This document shows, piece after piece, positions 40,562 through 49,947 of a DNA stretch of 64,000 bases; positions within the stretch are counted from its first letter, which is position 1, and every line of letters starts with the position of its first letter. Both the position numbers and the translations under genes were made by a program. The stretch comes from Gammaproteobacteria bacterium (GTDB lineage Bacteria; Pseudomonadota; Gammaproteobacteria; UBA4575), in the NCBI GenBank assembly GCA_965207475.1, contig OZ242278.1, forward strand, positions 264,320 through 328,319, read 5' to 3'. The notes beneath the pieces were generated by a model. It made no database searches. It was not told the origin of the DNA and worked only from the letters and a program-made list of their open reading frames with translations.

Positions 40562-42097
40562 GCGCCTTACCGCAAGCTTTCTAAGATAACACGTGCGTCT
40601 CATTCTTATGAACTTTGCGGCGTTGAAAACCTTTTGGTAACTTCGAGACTTCACTAGTCAGCTAGCAATTTCTATTCAATTACTAGCACTATCCGCCTGT
40701 GTATCGACCCCTCATCTACTCGTTTGATTACGGTGAAGAGCATGACGGAATGTGGCGTTTGGAAGTGCAAAAGAGTAAGGGCATTATTGTAAGGGTAAGT
40801 GAGCTTGGGAGCGACCCTGATGTCCCCTATAGCCCCTATATGCGGTCCTTGCATTTTAGGCTGTAAGGAGACGGGACGAAGTCACTGCATTTTCTTGAAG
40901 ACATCGATAGCGTCCAGCGCAGCCGGTCCGACGATTACTATTAAAAGCGCAGGCAGGATGAGTACAGGCATGGGTATGGTGAGTATAGCGGGAAGCCGTG
41001 CACCTTTTACTAGGCCCTCGTCATCCGTTTAGTGAACATATCCTCAGACATCACGCGCAGGGCTTTCGACAATGGTGTGCCATGACGCTCGGCTTGGATG
41101 AGCATGTTCGCAAAACTTCGCATATCGGGAATCGGTACACAGCAAACCAGATTTTGCAACGCCAATCGTCAATCAGGAACAAATTTTAACTCAATCAATG
41201 TCTGACTTATCTCGTCTGAGAATTCTAGTAAGGTTTGATTTGTCTCGTTCGCGACACAATCGAGCGCGGTCTCGAAACTGAGCCCGGCTTCCACACAGGC
41301 CAACAGGAGATCAAGTCCACTAGGCATGACTTTCGTAATCTTATCCTATCGTCGCTCAATGCCTTTGAAATAATCAGGTTGGGCACGTACATGCCGGTCA
41401 ACACAGCCCCAGTGCAGCTGCAAGCTTTGCGATGGACGCAGAGGCAAGGTGCCGGGCCATTTGCTAACGTCAACTGAAAAGTGGAAGTCTCTGCCTGTTT
41501 CCCAGCAGGGATAACAGGATAATCACTGCCTGTTTGCCTTGCTTGACAGGTATTGTATTTGGCAGATAACCCGGCATTAGGGTATCAGTTGAGTTAGCAG
41601 TGAAAGTATATAGCAAGCAGGCAGGTGTTTACAAGAAGCAGGTAATTGTTATATAGGCATAAGTCTACTGTGGGCGATCGAGATTCAATTCAATGGAGGT
41701 ACGGGTATAGAGGAGACCTGCCTGCCAGGCCTGTATAGCATCCCTGGTATGCTTAGTGCAGAAAAAAGCCTGCCACTCTGAGGCGGACTTTCCCAGAGAA
41801 CGATTGCTGGCAAGGAACACACACATTAGACTAGCCGGTATCAGCAAACTCCCTGCGCAGCTAGCGATCCGGCTGTGCATTGAGCAGAGAATATCAAACC
41901 GGCACAATCCATGCGTGTTTATCGAATGTCACAGTGTTCCCACTTATCCTTCATCGTTCGCATTTCGATGAGAACCATAACTGTGGCGTGCCACGGCACC
42001 ATTTGAAAATGCCTGAAGATTTTCAGCGCATCCGGGACGATGCGAAGGCGGCTCCGCATGCCGCACGGCAGCAGGATAACCGGATTTAGGAGAAGCC

Positions 42098-42961
42098 ATG
42101 GGATTTGTGACGGATGTCGTCCTGCCTCTGGCGCTTGCTTTCATCATGCTGGCACTTGGGCTCGGACTCACCTTCGGTGATTTTGTACAGGTAGTGCGGC
42201 GACCGCGCGATTTCGCAGTCGGTGCTGTATCACAGATCCTCGTGCTGCCAGTGATCGCTTTTCTCCTTGCCAGCATCTGGCCGATGGCACCGGAGCTTGC
42301 CCTCGGGCTGATGATCATTGCTGCTGCTCCGGGCGGTGTAACCTCCAACCTCCTGACAGCCTTCGCGCGTGGCGATGTCGCACTGTCAATCTCACTGACA
42401 GCGGTGATCAGCCTGCTGAGCGTGCTCACGATCCCCTTGGTTGTTGTCTTCGCCTACGGCCATTTCATAGGTGACCAGGCGGTGCGGGACATCACAGTCG
42501 CCGACACTGCGATCAGTGTCTTCCTGATCGTCACCATCCCGGTACTGATCGGCCTGCTTGTCCGCCGTTTTGCCGAAAACTTCGCACTGCGGGTCGAACC
42601 GTCGGCCCGTGCCTTGTCCGCCGTGTTGTTCGTGCTTGTGCTTGCGGGTGCAATTTATCAGGAACGCAGTAATCTTGTCTCCTATTATGCCCAGGCCGGG
42701 CTGGCCACTTTTACCCTGAACCTGATGATGATGGTGATTGCTTACCTGCTTGCGCGGTGGTTCGCGACCGGAGCGAAACAGCGCACCGCTATCGCGATCG
42801 AGTGTGGACTGCAGAACGGGACGCTTGCGATCGCTATTGCAGTACTTTTGTTTGGCGGCGGACTCGCGACAGTGCCGGCTACAACCTACAGCCTGACCAT
42901 GTTCGTGACTGCGCTGATCTATGTCGCGCTGTTGCGACGCAGTAGGGATGCAGCCGCTTGA
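42098..42961 (+). CDS. Bile acid:sodium symporter (BASS/SBF) family transporter
   Basis: 287 aa with about 9-10 TM segments. The AAAPGGVTSNLLT segment is the BASS/AsbT family signature region. GC is high. Confidence 0.7.
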   Translation: MGFVTDVVLPLALAFIMLALGLGLTFGDFVQVVRRPRDFAVGAVSQILVLPVIAFLLASIWPMAPELALGLMIIAAAPGGVTSNLLTAFARGDVALSISLTAVISLLSVLTIPLVVVFAYGHFIGDQAVRDITVADTAISVFLIVTIPVLIGLLVRRFAENFALRVEPSARALSAVLFVLVLAGAIYQERSNLVSYYAQAGLATFTLNLMMMVIAYLLARWFATGAKQRTAIAIECGLQNGTLAIAIAVLLFGGGLATVPATTYSLTMFVTALIYVALLRRSRDAAA

Positions 42962-43383
42962 TGTGTGCGGTTTCCGTGTTCTGCTTGCACGGTAGATAAT
43001 AACCTGCAGTGCTGTTTTCCTGCCTTCATTCCGCCTGCCCTGACCGGATAAGGCTGCAGGAGGTTTGCACTAATCCTTTGGATGCCAGGGGCGCCTGACC
43101 CGGGTTGTCAGCATGGCTGCACAAGTGATGATTCAATATGGAGATTGAAGGTTACTGTTTTCTACATCATTTGAATGAAAAAGCGGACAGGCTATCCATG
43201 GACAGATATGGGTTATATCATGCAACTTTGATTTTGAAGAAAAGTACAGATGGTGTAATGCTCAGGAGGCAAAGAAGCATTGCCTGCAGATAACAATAAA
43301 TTTCTGTATGAGTCAGGGAAAAAACCACGTAAATTACCTGGCCTTTCAGCCTGTAAAATCAATTTTGTTCGGAAATTAATGCT

Positions 43384-43662
43384 ATGGATTACTCAGATGA
43401 CAAGTTCATTTCAGAATTCGACGCGTTCGCTGCCTACACTGTATTTGCAACGGTAGCGTCCGCCCTGCGGGTTCTGGTTCCCAGTGACCAGTTGGAGATC
43501 CTGCACGCCAAGCTTTCAAAAATCGATCATACCGTGTGGAAAAAACGTGAGGCCTACTTAAAGGATGAGCGCCATGTAGAGCTTAGAGAAAATTTTCAGG
43601 ACTCCTGTGCTGAGTACTGGAAAGCATTTCTAAATGACCTGGCCAGAGAAAGGCATCACTAA
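43384..43662 (+). CDS. Hypothetical protein (92 aa)
   Basis: An isolated ORF with moderate coding appearance and no motif recognised. Confidence 0.25.
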   Translation: MDYSDDKFISEFDAFAAYTVFATVASALRVLVPSDQLEILHAKLSKIDHTVWKKREAYLKDERHVELRENFQDSCAEYWKAFLNDLARERHH

Positions 43663-44415
43663 ATCAAGCACCCGCTGAAAAGTCCGCTGCAACCGTAAAC
43701 GCCTCCCTGAGCCTTACGCGAATCGCCTGCCTTCCCCCTTCAAGCAGGTTGCGTACCGGTTTTTGATAAATGGCACAGTCCACTGCCTCGTATGCATGGC
43801 TGACTGAAACAACATCATAGTTCGCCTCACGTTATGATTATAACTTACTGAGATTACTGTAATTCACCTCAGTCTTTCCACTTGGCACCCATATTTATTC
43901 TTGTAGCTATACAGGGGGTTTCAGTGACCAGTGATAGGCTCCAGTCAGACTCTTGGATGTATGACCTATTTAAAGGTGAGGGTTCGTAAATCTATGCCTG
44001 AAATGCAGCAGTACTTTTTCATACCGCGTGCCACTCATGTTCTGGTTATCCAGCTTAAGGATGCCGTCAATTTGATCCACTAATTTGTCGTTCATGTCGA
44101 GATTACTCGCTATGGTGATTATCATGTCAGCCACAGCGTTCATTTCCCCTTCATGACCCTCGTATTCAGATTCGCTCATGTTGCCCTCCAAGCCAGTTTG
44201 TAACCATTAGAATTTCCTGGTCAGTTATATTTCAGGTCAATAATAGCATTATGCTAGAGGCTGTAAAAATCCTGTAAGGAAATCTGTCGACGCTGCAGAT
44301 TGAAAAGGCTGCCTTTCCCCGATACCCCCTCGATTGCGAATCTGGCAGGTTATACGGCCTTCAATGCCGCCCATTCACTGGGTGACAGGTTGTCAGCGCC
44401 ATGTCTCATAAGGAT

Positions 44416-45276
44416 TCAGTTTCCTGCAGACTGGACACGTCCTCTCCGGGGCCAGGGGATCAAGACAGGTGTCGTGGCCTGATAGTCGCGATAGCCAGGG
44501 TATTTTCCAGCAGAAATTGATTCTGTGAGCCGGATCGAGAAGACAAAAAGAATCGTAAGCAGAACAAACCCCAGACCCGTCCAGTGCAGCCACTGGCCTG
44601 AGGCCGCAACCGCGAACAAATAAAATATCCACCACATGCCAATCTCGCAGAAGTAATTGGGGTGTCTGCAATAGCGGAAAAGCCCGGTTGTGATGAAAGG
44701 CCTGGTAATTTTTTTACCTGCTGCAGCGCGTTGCTTTTTATCCTGCTGAAATCGCCACATCTGTTCATCGGCAATCGCCTCAAAAACAAGCAATACCACG
44801 ATGACTGCAGCCGCTGCCATATCCATCCAGTTCAAGGGGGTCTGGCGCCACAGCCAGGCTTGGTGAACAGGAGAAGTAAACAGCCAGACCAGCAGCATCT
44901 GGCCGGCAGCGATCACCGTGAGATTCAGCACCTGGAACCCAACCGGCCCGGCGCGTTCTCTTACGACAATCCACCGGTAATCCTCTCCACCCCGCCTGAA
45001 TCCACCTTTACGGGCGTAGTTGAAAGTCAGTCTCGCCCCCCAAATGATGACAAGCAGTGCCATGAGATTGATACGCGCCGAATTGAATTCCGTGTCAACC
45101 GCCACCATCAAGCAGTACACCGCCGGACAAATTGGCCATATCCGGTCTACCCAGGAGTATTCCCGGACGGTTATTGAAAGCAACCAGGCGAATGCGGCAA
45201 GCAGTATGCACAAGTCCAGCGCCGAACCGAATGGCGAACCGGCCAGCGGATGATTAAAAATATTCAGTATCTCCAT
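44416..45276 (-). CDS. DUF1295-family membrane protein (steroid 5-alpha-reductase/ICMT-like fold)
   Basis: 286 aa polytopic protein with the conserved GLFRYCRHPNYFCE motif typical of DUF1295 and 3-oxo-5-alpha-steroid-dehydrogenase-like proteins. Confidence 0.65.
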   Translation of the reverse strand: MEILNIFNHPLAGSPFGSALDLCILLAAFAWLLSITVREYSWVDRIWPICPAVYCLMVAVDTEFNSARINLMALLVIIWGARLTFNYARKGGFRRGGEDYRWIVVRERAGPVGFQVLNLTVIAAGQMLLVWLFTSPVHQAWLWRQTPLNWMDMAAAAVIVVLLVFEAIADEQMWRFQQDKKQRAAAGKKITRPFITTGLFRYCRHPNYFCEIGMWWIFYLFAVAASGQWLHWTGLGFVLLTILFVFSIRLTESISAGKYPGYRDYQATTPVLIPWPRRGRVQSAGN

Positions 45277-45442
45277 TCGCAGCCCCTGCCCCTGTCAGTG
45301 GACTCCACTTGCTCAGCCCTTGAAGAGGTGAAGAATTTGCCTGTCGGCTATGGCAGCCAAACCTACTGTACATCCGCTTTTCACAACAATCTACAGCGAA
45401 CACCCTGTTCCGAATGACCTGGTTGAACTGAACAGCCGGCTG

Positions 45443-46210
45443 TCATACCGCTTTATTTTCGATGCCTGAGTAGGCAATCGGGAGGTAATAGTCCACTTCC
45501 GATACGCTGTACCCTATCAAGTCACATAACCTGCGATGGCATTCCTGTTCAGTGGCCCCCCTCTCCTTCCATACCGGTACGCGTTTCATCATGGTTTCAA
45601 CCCGTTCCCTCGGGGTGATAAGCCAGGTCTCCTGGGATACTTCCCCGAAGTAGAAGTCAGCCGTGTACTTTCTCATCGCTTCAGGTTTCATATACAGGGT
45701 AAGTACCATTACCTTGCCCGCACCCTTTTCCAAAACATGATCGGCAAGAAATTGCATGGTGTCTCCACTATCACCCAGATCGTCGACTATCAATATGGTT
45801 TTGCCCTGCATCGGCATCGAAATTTCATCCTGTATCCGAGGCTGCCCATGCCGTTTCCCTGGCCCCGTATAGGCCGACACGACAACGGTACCAAACCGGA
45901 TCTTTGCAGGGTGCTGGGAACAACCTCCAACCAGGTGGTCATAAAGCAAAACACCGGGTAACAGGCCACCCATTGCAACCATGAGTACAGATGTAATCCT
46001 GTCCGGCTTCCCTGACATTCTCTGCTGATAGCCATGAACCTGCCTGGCCAGTTCCAGGCAGACTGCAGATTCAACAAAATCCGGCACCAAAAGGAACCTC
46101 AGCTCGTCATCAGGAATCTCGATTCCCTGCGGATTGCGCCAGTAGTCAAGGTCAACGGTGTCTATACAGTGTTTCATGGGTGACGTGCAGGAGGATGTAC
46201 TTTCCATCAA
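45443..46210 (-). CDS. Phosphoribosyltransferase-domain protein with an N-terminal extension
   Basis: Has the PRPP-binding motif KTILIVDDLGDSGDTMQFL. At 255 aa it is longer than Hpt/Gpt/Apt, and a Cys-rich N-terminal extension of about 60 aa is present. Confidence 0.6.
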   Translation of the reverse strand: MMESTSSCTSPMKHCIDTVDLDYWRNPQGIEIPDDELRFLLVPDFVESAVCLELARQVHGYQQRMSGKPDRITSVLMVAMGGLLPGVLLYDHLVGGCSQHPAKIRFGTVVVSAYTGPGKRHGQPRIQDEISMPMQGKTILIVDDLGDSGDTMQFLADHVLEKGAGKVMVLTLYMKPEAMRKYTADFYFGEVSQETWLITPRERVETMMKRVPVWKERGATEQECHRRLCDLIGYSVSEVDYYLPIAYSGIENKAV

Positions 46211-46485
46211 ATCGTCGTATGAATGCTCGAACAGGGTATGATTTCATATCGCCAAGGCAGTCATGCACCAAAACCTGCCGCCTCTCCCGGGAGTTCATGA
46301 GAAATATTTCAAAAACCCGAGGTTAACACGATCGATAATCTAGTTTAATAATATTCAGTATTACTTTGAATAAAAAGTTATTTCCTGTTTCAGAATTACG
46401 ATTCTCCAAACAGTCCCGTGTCGCGATGCAAGCCCCGGGTACCAGAATCGACGGATAGGCAGTATCCGCAGGTACACACAGCCTG

Positions 46486-49400
46486 TCAAAGGTCACACGA
46501 ATCATCTGCAGGCTCGCCGGAAGGAAAGCTCCATTCACGCCATCCCTTCAACAGCGGGAAGTAAAGGCCCAGCCTTATGGGATGATTCTCCATCCTGCTC
46601 ATCACCTCCGCGTAGTGTTCCAGTTGTTCACGGTAGCGCATTTGTTCCTGGTCCAGGAAATCTTCAAGCTTTCCGCCATGGGTACTTGCCTTGAAATCGA
46701 TGATCCAGCGGGTTCCCTCTTCATCCACGAACGTTCGATCGATAATGACGTGCACGACCGTACTGTTTTCCACGCAACTCAATTCCAGTTCGGAAGCTGC
46801 CTTGTCATGCGCCCTGCTCAACACCCACCTTCCCCTCTCGTCTTCCAGGGTGGACCTGAGTGCCGCACATACTTTCTGGTGGGCAGGTTTTATCCGGTTC
46901 TTCGGCACTGCAAGACGTTCAAGCAGCGTGTAACCCGTCTTTTGGAGGTTTTCGATCTCGGCCGGATTCACGTTTTCGATCCCTTTGGACCCAATGAACT
47001 GAAGCAATCTGTGCAACACGGTTCCGATGTGCCGCGCTGTCTCTCCTGCCCAGTCAAAACTGATCGCTTCACGGCCATGTAAATTCTCGTCATCCCTGCT
47101 GCAATGCACCTCAATTGGCTGCCCGGGAGCGGGTAGAAACCATTCCAAGTCCAGGCGGGTGCGCATGGGCTGGGAAATCACGGCCATGCCGGTAGCATTT
47201 CCTGTCGCCCCGACCTCCTTTGAACTTCGAAACCCGGCAAGACAAGACAGGTAACGCTTTTCAACTGCCGGCCAGAGGCACGCAAGGAGCGAGTTCCTCT
47301 GCGGCTTGAGCCCTGCTGTAACACCGCTTTGCTCCTGTACGTGCCCGAGCAGATACAGGCGATGCCTGGCCCGGGTAGCTGCCACGTACAGTAACCGACC
47401 CTCTTCAAAATTTCCCTTTACCCTGTCCAAGTACTGCAGATACGAGGCAAGCGACCCTTTCTCCTCACCTGACCGGCTGACCGGGGCAAGAAGCAGGTCG
47501 CTTGCACCCGATTCCCGGCCACGCTCCAGCCAGTCCAGCAGTTTCTCCTCGCTGCCTTTTGGAACCCGTCCAAGCCCCGGGAGTATCACTGTATCAAATT
47601 CCAGCCCTTTCGCCTTGTGGATTGTCATGAGCTGCAAAGTACCGCTCGCCCCGGCATCGGGCAGGGCAAACAACTGGTCAACCTGCTTGTCCAGCTCCTG
47701 GAAATTTGGCACGTCCCGTTCTTCCCCGATTTCCTCAAGCAACTGGAAAAATACCTCTCCATCCTCAAGACCGGCCCTTGTGTCCACACAAGCGGGTCCG
47801 CCCAGCGTAATCCACGTACCTTCAACGCTGTCCCTCAGTGAGCCGCGACCCTGCCCAGATATGGCTGCATCCAGTACCGGCAATACCCTGGCAACACGCC
47901 TCTGACCGTCCGGACTCAGCCGTGTGACGCGCTGTTCATCGTGCAGCAGGTCGAGTACCGTTCGATTCCAGTCATCGCCTGCCAGGGAATGAAGGTCGGA
48001 AAGTGTCAATCCGCAATACGGTGCACGAAGCACAGCCAGCCACGCTATCCGGTCATTCAGGCGGCTCAATGCCCTGGTCAGTGCAAGCAAGTCCTGGACC
48101 AAGGGGCGATGGGACAGCTTCTCGATTTCAACGGCCTGGTAGTGCAGCCCTGCGGCCTGAAGCTGCCTTGCAATCTCCGTGAGATGCGTGCGTGCCCGCA
48201 CGAGCACTGCGATCGTGCCTTCGGGGGACATTGATCTTGCCTCCCTGACAATTGACACTACCTCGCCAGCCTCCGAAGCATCATTACGCTTGTCCGATGG
48301 ACAAATGGTTACCGCTTCGGATACCGAGCGCGGATGAAAAGACTCCGATCTCGCAAAGGATACGGCTCCCTCGTTGAAGCTGTCCTGCTTCGGCAGGACA
48401 AGCCTGAAAAACCGGTTGATCCAGTCCACGATCCCCTGTTGCGAACGGAAATTTACTGCAAGACACAGGTACTCGAGCTGGACCTGGCTGATCCCGTGTT
48501 CCTTCGCGATGAAAAACAGCCCTACTTCCGCTTCACGAAAACGATAAATAGACTGCATGGGGTCACCCACGACGAACAGGGTCCTGCCGTCTCCAGGCTG
48601 CCAGCCTGTCGTCAGCAGTTCGAGCAAGTTGAACTGGCTGAAAGAAGTATCCTGGAATTCATCTACCAGCAGGTGCTGTATTCGATAATCCATGGACAAG
48701 GCAAGATCAGTGGGGTCATCCGCACTGCCAAGCGCCGTGATGGCGGCTTGCACCAGGGCCGTAAAGTCAACCTGCCCATGTTTTCTGAAAACAAGTTCAA
48801 GGTGGGCCGAAGCCACACGCAACAGCTGTACCAGTGCTCTCAAGGTAGACCATTCCTGGTCCGTATATTCCCGTGGAGGCAATTTCGGCAGCCATTCAAG
48901 CTTCTGAAGCAGGCCATCCTGGTCTTTCATTGACCGGAGCAAGGCCACCATGCGCTCTTTCATCTCATGAAAATAATCCTTTTCATGCTTGTCAGCGGCT
49001 TCCCCCTGTGAGGGAAAGCCCTGGTTCTTGTTCACGTTCCTGCGCCAGCGGCCACCCTGTGTCAGCAGCAGTTCTGCAATACCTTCCCATTGACCACGGT
49101 GCTCAAGGTCAGCTCCAGGCAGCCTTTCAAGGCCAGCGCAGCAAGCAATCTTGGAATGACTTCCATGCGGCAGATGGTCGGCTGCAAAATGCAACAGCGT
49201 GATGAGTTCCGGGATCACTCGGCGGGGGAAATGGGCAACTAGGCCCTGCAACGCATCGGTAACCAGCCGTGCCGTGGCATCCTCCAGCCTTCCTCGCTCC
49301 AGTTTTGAATCATCCGCGCAGGCAATGTGACGAAGCCACAGGTCCCGGTGCCCCAGCATGGTCGAAATCAATTCCTCCAGTCTGTCCAGGCGGTTGTCCA

Positions 49401-49947
49401 GGCACCTGGCCAAATGCGCAACGGCGTCTGACCAGTCAGATTTCAATTCGAGTTCCATAACAGTACTGCGCGCTGCCTCAAGATACAGTCTCTCGGGATC
49501 TTGCGTTATGGCGGGGACCGAACCGAACCGGGAAAGCACTGGCATTTGTCGTACAAGCGCCATGCATAAAGAATCGATAGTCTGGACCCGCAGGCGTGTC
49601 GGGTTCTTGATCAGTTGCCAGCCTTTCTCCACATCGCGAGCCAGTGCTTTTCGTGCCAGTTCCCATGTACGTAGTTCATGTTCCTCCTCAGGCATCTCAT
49701 TGCGACTGGCCGACTGCAGCGCAAGCACTATCCGCTGTCGCATCTCTCCCGCCGCCTTGCGCGTGAACGTGATCGCCACAATTTCCTCGGGCGCCTCGAC
49801 ACCAGCCAGGAGCACGAGAAAGCGTTGCATCAGCAATCCGGTTTTCCCGGACCCTGCGGGCGCCTGTACGATAAACGACCCGGAAGGGTCCAGCGCACGC
49901 ATGCGCGCCGGCTGGTCGCCCTTCCCTTGCACCTTTTGACTAGCCAT
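46486..49947 (-). CDS. addA: AddA-type ATP-dependent helicase/nuclease (UvrD-like SF1 helicase + C-terminal RecB-family nuclease)
   Basis: Start ATG 49947 (AGGAAA RBS) precedes Walker A QAPAGSGKTGLL. UvrD-like motifs run through the protein (e.g. VDEFQDTS). The C-terminal nuclease has IIDFKAS. About 1150 aa. Confidence 0.75.
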   Translation of the reverse strand: MASQKVQGKGDQPARMRALDPSGSFIVQAPAGSGKTGLLMQRFLVLLAGVEAPEEIVAITFTRKAAGEMRQRIVLALQSASRNEMPEEEHELRTWELARKALARDVEKGWQLIKNPTRLRVQTIDSLCMALVRQMPVLSRFGSVPAITQDPERLYLEAARSTVMELELKSDWSDAVAHLARCLDNRLDRLEELISTMLGHRDLWLRHIACADDSKLERGRLEDATARLVTDALQGLVAHFPRRVIPELITLLHFAADHLPHGSHSKIACCAGLERLPGADLEHRGQWEGIAELLLTQGGRWRRNVNKNQGFPSQGEAADKHEKDYFHEMKERMVALLRSMKDQDGLLQKLEWLPKLPPREYTDQEWSTLRALVQLLRVASAHLELVFRKHGQVDFTALVQAAITALGSADDPTDLALSMDYRIQHLLVDEFQDTSFSQFNLLELLTTGWQPGDGRTLFVVGDPMQSIYRFREAEVGLFFIAKEHGISQVQLEYLCLAVNFRSQQGIVDWINRFFRLVLPKQDSFNEGAVSFARSESFHPRSVSEAVTICPSDKRNDASEAGEVVSIVREARSMSPEGTIAVLVRARTHLTEIARQLQAAGLHYQAVEIEKLSHRPLVQDLLALTRALSRLNDRIAWLAVLRAPYCGLTLSDLHSLAGDDWNRTVLDLLHDEQRVTRLSPDGQRRVARVLPVLDAAISGQGRGSLRDSVEGTWITLGGPACVDTRAGLEDGEVFFQLLEEIGEERDVPNFQELDKQVDQLFALPDAGASGTLQLMTIHKAKGLEFDTVILPGLGRVPKGSEEKLLDWLERGRESGASDLLLAPVSRSGEEKGSLASYLQYLDRVKGNFEEGRLLYVAATRARHRLYLLGHVQEQSGVTAGLKPQRNSLLACLWPAVEKRYLSCLAGFRSSKEVGATGNATGMAVISQPMRTRLDLEWFLPAPGQPIEVHCSRDDENLHGREAISFDWAGETARHIGTVLHRLLQFIGSKGIENVNPAEIENLQKTGYTLLERLAVPKNRIKPAHQKVCAALRSTLEDERGRWVLSRAHDKAASELELSCVENSTVVHVIIDRTFVDEEGTRWIIDFKASTHGGKLEDFLDQEQMRYREQLEHYAEVMSRMENHPIRLGLYFPLLKGWREWSFPSGEPADDSCDL

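Noticed and set aside
40660-42097. Small ORFs and possible recombinase or transposase remnants between the SNase-like gene and the BASS transporter
   Set aside because: The fragments are too short and degenerate to assign. They are treated as gene debris within the ssrA-adjacent mosaic region rather than called as an IS element.
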